A DNA stretch of 64,000 bases from Patescibacteria group bacterium (GCA_041659045.1 JBAZZB010000001.1:198111-262110), one strand, 5' to 3'; positions 41,268 through 51,119 are shown, counted from the first letter of the stretch. Translations and numbers: made by a program. Notes: a model not told the origin generated them from the sequence alone.

Positions 41268-41972
41268 CTAGCGGCGGCGAAATTTATCGAGTGCGATGTG
41301 CAAATCTTCCGGCGTGTTGATGTCGCCGTCAAAAAATTCGTCCATGACGAACAGTTCCACTTTGTCTCCGTAGAGGTTTGAAGGTTCCTCGTACAGATTC
41401 GAAGGTTTCAAAATGTAAGCGATGTCGTTTCTCGAGTAGCAGGGCGGCAAGTCTTGGCTTCGCGTCCTGATGCTTTTGAGCGAGACGCCGTCAAAAAGCA
41501 CGACGCGTCCCTCTTCGTTTTTCCGCAAGATCCAGTGTGGGTTTCTGTTGGCGCGCGCTTCGGATACGGTCACGACGGAATCCGCCGCAGTTTCTTTGAA
41601 ACGGGTGATGGCTTGGTCGAGAACTTCCGGCGTACGCAAAGGGTTCGTGGGCATGAGCAGCGCGATTGCGTCAGGAACGTACCCTTCGTTTTTTTTGAGC
41701 CACTCGAGCGTGTCGATCAGGACAGGTTCAATACCGATCGTGTCCTGCGCCAGCGCGGCCGGACGCAAAAATGGCACGTCAGCACCGTGTGCCATGGCGA
41801 TCTCTTGAATCTCCGCGTCATCCGTATTCACCAACACCCTGGAAATCGAGGGTGTTTTCAGTGCGGTTTCAATCGCCCAGGCAATAACAGGCTTGCCGTC
41901 AAAATCAGCAATATTCTTTTTGGGAATACGTTTTGAGCCTCCGCGCGCTGGGATAATCGCTAAAACTTCCAT
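41268..41972 (-). CDS. acylneuraminate/ulosonate cytidylyltransferase (NeuA/PseF/KdsB family)
   Basis: 234 aa; N-terminal IIPARGGSKRIPKKN and LRPAALAQD motifs of CMP-sugar synthetases. Confidence 0.75.
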   Translation of the reverse strand: MEVLAIIPARGGSKRIPKKNIADFDGKPVIAWAIETALKTPSISRVLVNTDDAEIQEIAMAHGADVPFLRPAALAQDTIGIEPVLIDTLEWLKKNEGYVPDAIALLMPTNPLRTPEVLDQAITRFKETAADSVVTVSEARANRNPHWILRKNEEGRVVLFDGVSLKSIRTRSQDLPPCYSRNDIAYILKPSNLYEEPSNLYGDKVELFVMDEFFDGDINTPEDLHIALDKFRRR

Positions 41973-42054
41973 ACGATCCGATGCTACATGATCGCCATTA
42001 TTCCTTCAATATAGAAAAAAGCCGCATACGAGTTGTATGCGGCCGTCGTGAGTC

Positions 42055-43767
42055 TCACATGTTCAGGATCTTCTCGATCTCTCCGTTGTCGGCGTAGGCG
42101 CGCGCCTCGAGGAACTGATCCATGGGCATCGCGCCGAAGTAGAGCGGTTCGCCGTGCTCGTTGTGCATCACCTTGGTGGCGTCATCGAGCTCGAGGATGT
42201 ACTTCCGCAGCGCTTCGTCGCAAACGGGTTCGCCGTCGGCGCCGAAGGTGAGACCGAACGTCTTCGCCAGGATGTCCTTGGCCGCGGGGTCCTTGAACAT
42301 CGCGGTGCCAGGGTAGGCGGTCGCCGTGAACATCCGGGCGTTCACCGAGGCGTATGCCGTCTTGTAGACGTCGCTTCCTGGCGTGAGTCCCTGCGTGTAC
42401 AGCTCGCGCTGCCACTGGATGAACGCGACGCTGGTCTTGAGATCCGCGAGCGTCTCGCCGGGGTAGCCCATGATCCAGGTGCAGTTCGAGTGGATGCCGA
42501 AGGTTCGACAGTTGCTGATACCCTTCACCATCGTGACGGGGAACTCGTAGGCGCGGCCGTCGATCTTCATCGGCGTCAGGCCGTACTTGAGGATGTGGCC
42601 ACCCTTGTTCATCCGACGCAGCATGGGATCGCTGGCGCTTTCCGCGCCGAAGCCGATGTAGACGCAGCCGGCCTTCGCCATGAGCTCCGCCCGTTCGTCG
42701 GCCGCTTCGTCGAGACGCGTGTGCGTGCCCCAGCGAACGCCGAGTGCGGCGTAGGCGCCGACGAGCTGCTCGATCCGCTTCTTCTGGACCGCGAAGTTGT
42801 CGTCGGGATGGCCCATGAAGTCGATCTTGTACTTGTCGACGCGCTGGCGAACTTCTTCCACCAGCTTCTCGGCCGACCGCACGCCGTAGTCGCGCTCGCC
42901 CTGGGCGCCGCGAAAACAGAAGTTGCAGGCGTAGGGGCAGCCGCGGCTGCTGACGGCAGTCAGACTGCGTTCCATCGTGAAGGGCGTCGCCGAACTGTTG
43001 TTCGCGGCGGTGCCCCAGACGGGCGTCGTGATGTACCACTCGAGAACGGGGTTGCCGAACACATCTTCTTCCAGAAGATCCCAAGCCGCGAACGGCAGGA
43101 TGTCCAGGTCGGACGCACGGTTGCCTTCGTAGAGAAAGAGTGGCCGGCCGTCCGGAGCGGTTCCCATGTGGTACGGGCTCAGTCGAGGAGAGATGATGGC
43201 CTTCGAGACCCCCAGCTCCTTCATGAGCTTCACGTCGCGCGCACAGATGAGCATGATGTCGTCGCCTTCGGAGTGGCCGACCGCGTCGAGTTCCGGAATC
43301 CAGCCGAAGAGGCCGGTCCGAACCTCGGTCGCGAGTCCGCCGCCGGAGATGATGAAGGCGTCCGGAACAAGGTTCCGGCAGATCTTCGCGACGTTCTCCT
43401 GCCAGCGCAGCGTCGTGATCATGCCGGTGAAGGCGATGATGTCCGGCGCGCCGTGCTTGTGGAAGTGCGCCGCGAGCAAGTTCTTGGCCTCTTCGTACGT
43501 CAGGTGTCTGCCGTTGGGCAGTCCCGCCGACGCGACGTCCGTGATGCGGTACGCGTTCAAGTCGACGATCGTCGGATCCGCGCCGTACTGGCGCAGCCGC
43601 GCGGCCAGGAGACCTGGTCCCTCGGGCGGCGTGTTGGGCTTGGCGGTCTCGCGAAGCGGCATGTTGATGAAGACGACGCGAACGCCGAGCAGATCGTCAT
43701 ACGTCATTCCGCTGACCAGCGTGCTCGGATGGGCCTTCTGCGTCTTCAAAACGGTGAGTCGGGTCAT
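42055..43767 (-). CDS. cobalamin-binding radical SAM enzyme (class B radical SAM, probable methyltransferase)
   Basis: Start at MTRLTV (43767) with GGAGGGAG SD; N-terminal B12-binding Rossmann region; radical SAM motif SSRGCPYACNFCFRG (C-x3-C-x2-C); very high GC3. Confidence 0.75.
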   Translation of the reverse strand: MTRLTVLKTQKAHPSTLVSGMTYDDLLGVRVVFINMPLRETAKPNTPPEGPGLLAARLRQYGADPTIVDLNAYRITDVASAGLPNGRHLTYEEAKNLLAAHFHKHGAPDIIAFTGMITTLRWQENVAKICRNLVPDAFIISGGGLATEVRTGLFGWIPELDAVGHSEGDDIMLICARDVKLMKELGVSKAIISPRLSPYHMGTAPDGRPLFLYEGNRASDLDILPFAAWDLLEEDVFGNPVLEWYITTPVWGTAANNSSATPFTMERSLTAVSSRGCPYACNFCFRGAQGERDYGVRSAEKLVEEVRQRVDKYKIDFMGHPDDNFAVQKKRIEQLVGAYAALGVRWGTHTRLDEAADERAELMAKAGCVYIGFGAESASDPMLRRMNKGGHILKYGLTPMKIDGRAYEFPVTMVKGISNCRTFGIHSNCTWIMGYPGETLADLKTSVAFIQWQRELYTQGLTPGSDVYKTAYASVNARMFTATAYPGTAMFKDPAAKDILAKTFGLTFGADGEPVCDEALRKYILELDDATKVMHNEHGEPLYFGAMPMDQFLEARAYADNGEIEKILNM

Positions 43768-43898
43768 GCGATCTCCCTCCAGGAGCGTTGTGCAAGGATC
43801 TGGGCGAAGCGTAGTGTTTTTTTGCCGAATTGTCAAGGTTTTCATGGGACGAAACGCCGGATTTTACGGTTTGCGCAGAGGTGTTATGATGCCCCCAT

Positions 43899-44390
43899 AT
43901 GAAGATCGAGTGGAAAGACATCTTGCTTTTGGTTTCGGATTTCGACGGCGTCATGACCGACGGTCTTGTTCTTGTCGACCAGGACGGGAAAGAGTCGGTG
44001 CGCTGCAGCAGGAGAGACGGTTTGGGCGTCGCGCTTCTCGCCGAGCAGGGAGTAAAAACGATCGTCATCTCGAAGGAGCGTAACGGCGTCGTTGCCGCTC
44101 GCTGTGCAAAGCTCAAGATCGAGTGTTTTTCCGGCGTCGATGATAAAATCCAGCTCTTGAAAAAAGTTTTGGAAGAAAAAAGCGTTGATCCCCGGCAGGC
44201 CTGTTTCATCGGCGATGACGTCACCGACGTCGATTGCATCCGACATATCGGTATCGGTGTCGCGGTTGCTGATGCGATGCCGGCGGCGAGGGAGGCGGCG
44301 GACTACGTGACGCAGGCGAAAGGTGGAGATCACGCGGTTCGGGAAGTGTGCGATTTGATCTGTCATGCCAAACAAGAACATGCATCTTAA
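43899..44390 (+). CDS. HAD-IIIA phosphatase, KdsC-like (ulosonate-phosphate phosphatase)
   Basis: 163 aa; motif I VSDFDGVMTDG and overall KdsC architecture (GDDVTDVD motif IV). Confidence 0.75.
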   Translation: MKIEWKDILLLVSDFDGVMTDGLVLVDQDGKESVRCSRRDGLGVALLAEQGVKTIVISKERNGVVAARCAKLKIECFSGVDDKIQLLKKVLEEKSVDPRQACFIGDDVTDVDCIRHIGIGVAVADAMPAAREAADYVTQAKGGDHAVREVCDLICHAKQEHAS

Positions 44391-45153
44391 TCTGGAGGGC
44401 GCGACAATTTTTGTTTCGGGTTCGACGGGCGGCATCGGCTACGCGATTGCAGATTCTTTTTTGGCTGAAGGTGCGCGCGTCTTGATCCATGGAAGAGAGG
44501 AGGCAAAGTTGAAGATCCGTTTGGCGTCGCTGATTGAAAAATATCCTGAGCAGGTCATGGGCGTCGCGGCGGACCTGACGGATCCGAAAGGCCGGAGCGC
44601 GCTGTTCGACGAAATTCATAAAAAAAGCGGCCAGCTCGACGTCGCGGTTTTTTGCGTCGGCAACGGCAACGTCGCTAAGGGGCACAATCTGAGCCAAGAG
44701 CAGTGGGATGAAATTTTCGCGCAGAACTTTTTCGCCAACACCCTCACGGCAACGACGCTCATGCCATTGATGAAAAAAGGGAAGAGCGCGAGTTTGTGTT
44801 TTATTGGTTCAATCGCGGGACTTCAATACCTCAAGGCCCCGACGGGATACGCGGTTGCGAAGTCGGCGCTCGATACCTACGTGAAGTGCGTGGCGCAAGA
44901 GCTTGCCGCTGACGGTATTCGCGCGAATATCGTGCACCCCGGGAACATTCTTTTTGAAGGCGGTCGGTGGGAAGAATTGCGAAAAGAACGCGGTGAAGAG
45001 ACGGAAACGTATCTTGCCTCAAACGTCGCGATGAAACGTTTCGGCACTCCGGAAGAGGTAGCGGCGGCCGTTGTCTTTCTCGCTTCACCGAGAGCGTCGT
45101 TCATCACGGGCGCGTCGATCCTTGTAGATGGCGGGCAGGTAAAATCATTTTAA
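44365..45153 (+). CDS. short-chain dehydrogenase/reductase (SDR)
   Basis: TGGIGYAIA Rossmann motif; YAVAKSA Y-x3-K catalytic motif; the start may be 44380. Confidence 0.75.
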   Translation: MPNKNMHLNLEGATIFVSGSTGGIGYAIADSFLAEGARVLIHGREEAKLKIRLASLIEKYPEQVMGVAADLTDPKGRSALFDEIHKKSGQLDVAVFCVGNGNVAKGHNLSQEQWDEIFAQNFFANTLTATTLMPLMKKGKSASLCFIGSIAGLQYLKAPTGYAVAKSALDTYVKCVAQELAADGIRANIVHPGNILFEGGRWEELRKERGEETETYLASNVAMKRFGTPEEVAAAVVFLASPRASFITGASILVDGGQVKSF

Positions 45154-45255
45154 AACCGAGGCTAGAGAACACGCCGTGCGTCGCTACTGGACGAAATGCC
45201 CTGCGCGCGCTATATTCTCGTGTCAGAGATTTTCTTAGAAAGAAAGGAACTAGCC

Positions 45256-46098
45256 ATGGAGCTTTCAGGATCAGCGACAATGGAGGCGTTTACCCTTACG
45301 GGTAAGGTCTACGTCATCACGGGTGGAGCGGGCTATCTCGGCACGCAGCACGCCGAAGCAATTCTCGATGCGGGAGGCAGTGTCGCGCTTTTTGATATCT
45401 CCGAAGGCGTTTTTGAAAAAGCGAAGCAACTTCAAGCATCGCGTAAGCAGCCCGTACGCGGCTATCGCGTCGACATCACGTCAAAATCGGACATCGAGAA
45501 AGCGGTCAGCTCGGTCGTTGCCGATTTCGGCGGGGTTGACGGGCTCATCAATAACGCGGCCTGTAATTCAGAAATGGATCGAGGCGGCAGTGGCTATCGT
45601 GGTGAGTTTGAAAACTTGCCGCTCGAACAGTGGAACAAGGAAATCGAAGTTGGACTCACGGGCGCGTTCTTGATGGCTCAAGTTGTCGGTCCGTTCTTGG
45701 TGCAAAAGGGGAGTGGCGTGATTTTAAACATCGCCTCCGACCTTTCCGTTATTGCTCCTGATCAGCGCTTGTACCGCAACGAGGAAGCGCCGGACGAACG
45801 CCAATCGTTCAAGCCCGCGACCTATTCAGTCACGAAACACGCCTTGGTCGGCCTGACCAAATATTTGGCGACCTATTGGGCCGACAAAGGCATTCGCGTC
45901 AACGCCATTTCGCCGGGTCCCGTCTATAAGGAAGGGGCGGATCCCAAGTTCGTTCAGCGCATCAGCAAATTAATTCCGCTGGGAAGAATGGCGAAGTACG
46001 ACGAATACAAAGCCGCCATTGTTTTTCTCTGCTCCGACGCGTCTTCGTATATGACGGGGCAGAACGTGATCATGGATGGAGGGCGAAGTGTTTGGTAA
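45256..46098 (+). CDS. short-chain dehydrogenase/reductase (SDR)
   Basis: VITGGAGYLGTQHAE Rossmann motif; YSVTKHAL Y-x3-K motif. Confidence 0.7.
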   Translation: MELSGSATMEAFTLTGKVYVITGGAGYLGTQHAEAILDAGGSVALFDISEGVFEKAKQLQASRKQPVRGYRVDITSKSDIEKAVSSVVADFGGVDGLINNAACNSEMDRGGSGYRGEFENLPLEQWNKEIEVGLTGAFLMAQVVGPFLVQKGSGVILNIASDLSVIAPDQRLYRNEEAPDERQSFKPATYSVTKHALVGLTKYLATYWADKGIRVNAISPGPVYKEGADPKFVQRISKLIPLGRMAKYDEYKAAIVFLCSDASSYMTGQNVIMDGGRSVW

Positions 46099-46912
46099 AA
46101 ACCAGATCGGCATCATCCAGGGCCGCCTGACGGCTTCGGACGGAAAACTCCAATGCTTTCCGTATGGGAAATGGAAGGAGGAGTTTTTTATTGCGCGGTC
46201 TCTGGGATTCGACTGTATTGAACTTATTGTCGAAAGAAAGGTTGGTGCGCCAAATCCGCTTTGGGAGACGGATGGTGTCCGCGAACTTCTCGCGGTTTCA
46301 AAAGAATCGGGCGTGCGCGCTTTTTCTTTGTGCGACGATCAGATCATGGACGCAGGACTGCTTTCCGCTGAAGGTCCTGGGGCTGCCGTGTGCTTTGAGA
46401 CGCTCGTGAAACTTCTTGGTCAACTTAAGCAGCTCGGCGCGACGAGATTAATTTTGCCGTTTCTTGAGGAGGCGAGTGTGAAAGAAAATCGCGAAGGTTT
46501 CCTGGCCGTCAGGGGATATTTGGAAAAACTCGTACCGATCGCGGAAGACTGCGGTGTCGAGATAATGCTGGAGAATGATCTTCCTACGCCGCTTTTGAAG
46601 GAGCTTGTCTCGACGACGGCTGGCAAAATCGGCGTGTGCTATGACACGGGAAACAGGACGTGGTTCGGCTTTACTCCAGGCGAAGAGATTCTTGAATTAG
46701 GGTCGCTCGTCCGGCACGTGCATATAAAGGACAAAGCCGCTGACGGAAAAAATGTCATGCTTGGCACGGGTGCGGTTGATTTTGCTTCCGTCTTTTCCGC
46801 GTTGCGGAAGATCAAATACGATGGCCCACTCATTCTTGAAACGTCGCGCGGCGACGAAGATGTTCAAGCGGGGCGCGAAAATATCGCATTCGTGCGACGT
46901 TTTCTTGGATAG
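46076..46912 (+). CDS. sugar-phosphate isomerase/epimerase (xylose-isomerase-like TIM barrel)
   Basis: 278 aa; AP-endonuclease-2/xylose-isomerase-like barrel features (IELIVERK, MLENDLP, VHIKDK). Confidence 0.55.
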   Translation: MEGEVFGKNQIGIIQGRLTASDGKLQCFPYGKWKEEFFIARSLGFDCIELIVERKVGAPNPLWETDGVRELLAVSKESGVRAFSLCDDQIMDAGLLSAEGPGAAVCFETLVKLLGQLKQLGATRLILPFLEEASVKENREGFLAVRGYLEKLVPIAEDCGVEIMLENDLPTPLLKELVSTTAGKIGVCYDTGNRTWFGFTPGEEILELGSLVRHVHIKDKAADGKNVMLGTGAVDFASVFSALRKIKYDGPLILETSRGDEDVQAGRENIAFVRRFLG

Positions 46913-47017
46913 TACCGAAGTTTTTTAACGCGTCTTACGTACCGTGAGTACGGGTCTTGTCAATTCCATTTTAAAGTGTTAGGGTCGCACCAAGGTCCTT
47001 ACAGCTAGGAGCAAGAC

Positions 47018-47884
47018 ATGACGAAGGTGAAGATCGGCAACTGCAATGTTGGTTCCGGTTCCCCGTGTTTCGTGGTCGGCGAGATCGGCATCAATCACAA
47101 CGGCGATCTCGCGATCGCGAAGAAGCTCATCGACGCCGCGGCCGACGCCGGCTGTGACGCGGTGAAGTTCCAGAAGCGATCCGTTGACGTGGTCTACTCG
47201 GCTGAGGAGCTGGCCAAGCCGCGGGAGAGCCCCTGGGGCAAGACCAACGGTGATCAGAAGCGCGGTCTCGAGTTCGATCTGGAGCAGTACGCCGTCATCG
47301 ACGCGTACTGCCGCATGCGCGGAATCCTGTGGTTCGCGTCCCCCTGGGACGAGGACAGCGTGGACTTCCTCGAGAAGTTCGATCCGCCGTGCTACAAGAT
47401 CGCGTCAGCGTCCCTGACCGACGACGGCTTGCTCCGGCACATCCGGTTCAAGAACCGTCCCATCATTCTCTCGACGGGCATGTCCACGATGGACGAGGTC
47501 GACCATGCGGTCGCCCTCTTGGGCAGCACGGACCTCGTCCTGCTGCACACCGTCTCGACCTACCCGGCGGAGAACAAGGATCTGAACCTCCGTACGATCC
47601 AGACGCTCGCCAAGCGCTTCCCGCAGCTGCCCATTGGCTACAGCGGTCACGAGCGCGGCACGACGCTCTCGGTCAACGCGGTCGCGCTCGGCGCCTGCAT
47701 GATCGAGCGCCACATCACGCTCGACCGTACGATGTACGGCAGTGACCAGGCCGCGAGCCTGGAGCCGACGGGCCTCAAGCTCATGGTCGACAAGATCCGC
47801 GCGCTCGAGGAAGCCCTGGGCGACGGCGAGAAGATGGTTCTCCCCGCGGAGGTCGCGATCAAGGCGAAGCTCCGGCGCAAGTAA
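47018..47884 (+). CDS. N-acylneuraminate/nonulosonate synthase family (NeuB/PseI/LegI-like) catalytic domain
   Basis: 288 aa; AGGAG SD; N-terminal CFVVGEIGINHNGDLAIAKKLIDAAADAGCDAVKFQ hallmark; there is no C-terminal SAF (antifreeze-like) domain before the stop. Confidence 0.8.
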   Translation: MTKVKIGNCNVGSGSPCFVVGEIGINHNGDLAIAKKLIDAAADAGCDAVKFQKRSVDVVYSAEELAKPRESPWGKTNGDQKRGLEFDLEQYAVIDAYCRMRGILWFASPWDEDSVDFLEKFDPPCYKIASASLTDDGLLRHIRFKNRPIILSTGMSTMDEVDHAVALLGSTDLVLLHTVSTYPAENKDLNLRTIQTLAKRFPQLPIGYSGHERGTTLSVNAVALGACMIERHITLDRTMYGSDQAASLEPTGLKLMVDKIRALEEALGDGEKMVLPAEVAIKAKLRRK

Positions 47885-47896
47885 GCTCTCAAGTAT

Positions 47897-47930
47897 GGGG
47901 AGGCACGTGTAGTGCCTCCCCGTTTTTTTT
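47897..47930. terminator. rho-independent terminator shared by convergent genes
   Basis: Stem ggggaggcac, loop gtgta, stem gtgcctcccc, followed by TTTTTTTT; the stop codon of the minus-strand flippase gene lies within the T-tract. Confidence 0.65.
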
Positions 47931-49128
47931 ATTCGCGCAAGCGCCTGAACAAGATAATCGAAGCGGCGGAACTCAGTGCGTTGCCGAGAATGAAGGCATA
48001 GACTGCACCCCAGACTCCGTACGGCGGAAGCAGGAGGAGAAGTAGAATGATGCGTGATCCGTTGACGAAAAACTTAAGAATGTAGAGCTCCCTCTGCCTT
48101 TTCTGCGCGAACATCGTTTGCGAAAAGAGAACAGCTGGATGAAACAGATATCCGAGTGCGAGCGCTTGAGACACGGTCACGGCGTCGAGGTACTGCGGGA
48201 AGATCCAACGGAAAACGAAAGGCGCGGCCGCGATATAGGCCGCGATAATGACGGCGTACGCCAAGAAAATTCTAAGAGATTTGTCGTAAATCGTGGCTCG
48301 GATGGTTTCCAAAGACGACGAACTGAGTTTGGGGAAGATAAGCGTCGTTAGCATTTTTGAAACGACCTTCAACTGCGCCGGCAAGCTGAAGCCGATGCTA
48401 TAGATCGCGAGCGGTACGGCGCCAAGATAGTGGTAGATCAACACCTTGTCCGCATGAAAGACGATGATGCTGATGATATTCAAAACGCTGACATGCTTCC
48501 CGTAGCTGATGTTCGAATAGTCCACCGTGTTTCCCGGCTTGTACTTCTGAAGGGTACGAAGGTAGAGAATGCTGCTTGTCGCCGCGTGCGAAAGAAAATA
48601 GGCGAGCACGATCACGATGACGTTGCGGGTGATGAGGATTGTCCCCAAGAGCGCAATGGCGGGAACGACGCTTCTGAAGATGCCGTAGATCGAATCGGTC
48701 TGAAAATCTTTTTTCCCACCCAGAAAGGAGGAATACAAAGAAGTGCTCTCGATGATAGGCAAGAGAGCGCCAGCGATTAAGAAAGAGATCGCGACGATCC
48801 AGTTATTTTGGATGAAGTAATAGGTCGCGCCGACCAGAGCGGCGAGAAGTACGAGCACGCTCCATTTCAGCTGCACCCAAAAACCCGTACGGATCATGCC
48901 TTCAAACCCTCTGGCGACGGCTTGAGTAACGGCGATGCCCATGCCGCTGAGAGAAAAGGCCGCGAGGATTCCCGCCAGAGAGAGGATGTATTTATAGTCC
49001 CCGTACACCTCCTTTGGCAGAAGGTTCGCGAAAGCGACGGCAAGCAAGAGTCCTGAAACCATCGAAACGCCCTGGCCCACCATGAGCCAAAAACTACCCT
49101 TCGCAAGGTAGAGCATGTCGGTTTTCAT
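47929..49128 (-). CDS. Wzx-type polysaccharide flippase (MOP/PST family)
   Basis: Approx. 12 predicted TM helices; PST-family architecture; start ambiguous (49128, 49182 or 49392 in the track). Confidence 0.7.
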   Translation of the reverse strand: MKTDMLYLAKGSFWLMVGQGVSMVSGLLLAVAFANLLPKEVYGDYKYILSLAGILAAFSLSGMGIAVTQAVARGFEGMIRTGFWVQLKWSVLVLLAALVGATYYFIQNNWIVAISFLIAGALLPIIESTSLYSSFLGGKKDFQTDSIYGIFRSVVPAIALLGTILITRNVIVIVLAYFLSHAATSSILYLRTLQKYKPGNTVDYSNISYGKHVSVLNIISIIVFHADKVLIYHYLGAVPLAIYSIGFSLPAQLKVVSKMLTTLIFPKLSSSSLETIRATIYDKSLRIFLAYAVIIAAYIAAAPFVFRWIFPQYLDAVTVSQALALGYLFHPAVLFSQTMFAQKRQRELYILKFFVNGSRIILLLLLLPPYGVWGAVYAFILGNALSSAASIILFRRLRE

Positions 49129-49293
49129 GTATTTCTCGCTCCAGCGCAAAAGGCGCACGATGCGGTCTCGTAGGATATCCATGAAAGGAGTATGCCACCG
49201 AAGGTCGAACGTTCCAAGGGTGACGTTGCTGTTCTGTCTCATCCGCGCTAGGATTTCCGCGCGTTCATTTTTGCGGCGCACAGAGGAGGTTTC

Positions 49294-49905
49294 ATGAACT
49301 ACAAATCGGAAACGATCGCTGCCTACGACGCGTACCCCGATCGCTTCGATCAAGAGTTCGAGCAGCACATGCTTCGGCACAACTCCGAGCACATTCGAAG
49401 GTTCCTCGCCGCGCTTCGCGGCCCGCGTGTTCTTGATCTCGGGTCAGGACCAGGTAATCACGCGGCTGCGTTCGTACACGCTGGTTGCGACGTTCTCTGC
49501 GGAGACCTATCTGTCGCCATGATCGAACAGTGCCGGAAGAAGGGTCTTGAGGCGGAGGTGCTCGACCTTGAGACGTTCGAGCTCGGTCGTCGTTTCAACG
49601 GTGTGTGGGCCAACGCGTGCTTGCTTCATCTGCCCAAGAAGCAGATCCCCGGCGTTCTTGATCGGATCAGGCGTCATCTCGAACCGACGGGTGTATTCGC
49701 TTGCGGTGTAAAAGAAGGGGAGGGGGAGCGTTTCGAGTCCGACGTCGACTACCCAGATACCCAACGCTTCTTCAGTCGCTACACCGACGAGGAGTTCCGT
49801 GCACTGCTCGCGCCGACCTTTCTGGTCGAACACTTCGAACGCACGTCCTCGCCCTCTGGCCGCACCGTCTTCCTCAAATATCTCGCGCATCCGCGGCACT
49901 CTTGA
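49294..49905 (+). CDS. class I SAM-dependent methyltransferase
   Basis: 203 aa; GGAGG SD 5 nt upstream; motif I VLDLGSGPGNHA, post-I CGDLS. Confidence 0.65.
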   Translation: MNYKSETIAAYDAYPDRFDQEFEQHMLRHNSEHIRRFLAALRGPRVLDLGSGPGNHAAAFVHAGCDVLCGDLSVAMIEQCRKKGLEAEVLDLETFELGRRFNGVWANACLLHLPKKQIPGVLDRIRRHLEPTGVFACGVKEGEGERFESDVDYPDTQRFFSRYTDEEFRALLAPTFLVEHFERTSSPSGRTVFLKYLAHPRHS

Positions 49906-49974
49906 CGCTGTTGGTCACCTCCGCGCTCCGATGGTAAAATCTCGCCATCGGATTTTTTATCCCCACCCGCCACT

Positions 49975-50388
49975 ATGCCCAGCCTAGAAGAAGTACACGG
50001 CCGTTTGCGCGTCAAAGCTCGCGAAAAGAGCGAATTGCAGAAGGCGTTCAAGGATGAACTCGCCAATAATCCTCGGTACCAGCAGATCTCTGAACAGCTC
50101 AAGGTCTTGAAAGAAGAGAAGAAATCGATCGAGAACCAGGTTTGGGCGGCTTCCTCGGCGGACGCGCAGAAGCTCGACTTGCTGGCACTCGACATCAAGT
50201 CGGATCGCGAGATGCTCTCCGAATTGGCGCTCAACATGTACGTTAAAGGAGAAACCGTGCAGATCGTCGACGAGTATCAGGCTCGCTGGGTTCCGAAATT
50301 TGCCGTGACGTTTAAGAAAGATGACGAGACGCAGGAGGAGCGTACGTCAGCCGCCGCTCAAGTCCCTGAACCGGATTTTGCGGCCTAA
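49975..50388 (+). CDS. hypothetical coiled-coil protein
   Basis: 137-aa ORF with heptad-like charged region (ELQKAFKDELANNPRYQQISEQLKVLKEEKKSIENQ); no family recognised. Confidence 0.35.
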   Translation: MPSLEEVHGRLRVKAREKSELQKAFKDELANNPRYQQISEQLKVLKEEKKSIENQVWAASSADAQKLDLLALDIKSDREMLSELALNMYVKGETVQIVDEYQARWVPKFAVTFKKDDETQEERTSAAAQVPEPDFAA

Positions 50389-50403
50389 CGATTCGTCCTC
50401 CGT

Positions 50404-51042
50404 ATGGAAGAAAAATCGATTCAAAAATTGAACGCGGCGATCTCCGTCGTGTTTATCGTGGCCGCGCTCATTCTCTTCGGTGTCGCGCTCAAAAATCGCA
50501 ACGTACCCGAGCCTTCTCCGGAAACTTCCGCACCTGCGCCTGCGCAAGAAACGCAGCAATACCAAGATCTCGCCGGCATGCGCCAGCTCGAACTCGCCAA
50601 GGACTTCGCGAGCTGGACGCCAGGCGCCAAAGTCGAACCTGAAAAAACCCGTAGCGCCAACTTGGTCGTCCTCGGCACCGTCAGCAAGGCTTTTTTGACG
50701 GTCAAAACTTCGGTCGACGGTAAGCCGCTCACGAAATACGAGAGTGTCTTCGTGAAGTTGAATGACGCTGGCGGACATTTGTTTCGCCCACAGTCACTCG
50801 CGACTCCGGGATCAGACGTGACGAGACTTCTCTTCTCTTTGAATGAGGTGCCCGTGCTTCCGAGTATTCCGTACGACGAAACACGAACGCCGTCCCAGGC
50901 AAATTTGCTCGACGTGTTGGAAGACGGAAAAATCGTCAAACTCACCGCTTTCATTTCTTCGCTTCGTCCCGCGTTGTTCGATGAGCTCTCGCTTTCCTAT
51001 ATGTGCGCCGAGGGTTCCGATTGCAGCGTGTCACTTCGTTAA
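50404..51042 (+). CDS. hypothetical membrane-anchored protein
   Basis: 212 aa; single N-terminal TM (AISVVFIVAALILFGVAL) then Pro/Ala/Glu-rich linker and a soluble domain. Confidence 0.4.
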   Translation: MEEKSIQKLNAAISVVFIVAALILFGVALKNRNVPEPSPETSAPAPAQETQQYQDLAGMRQLELAKDFASWTPGAKVEPEKTRSANLVVLGTVSKAFLTVKTSVDGKPLTKYESVFVKLNDAGGHLFRPQSLATPGSDVTRLLFSLNEVPVLPSIPYDETRTPSQANLLDVLEDGKIVKLTAFISSLRPALFDELSLSYMCAEGSDCSVSLR

Positions 51043-51119
51043 AAAGGTGAGGTGGATAACCGACCTGGCGCTTCGGCGACCGGGTCGGTATTGTTTTTCT
51101 GTTCCCCAAGGAGGAGTCG

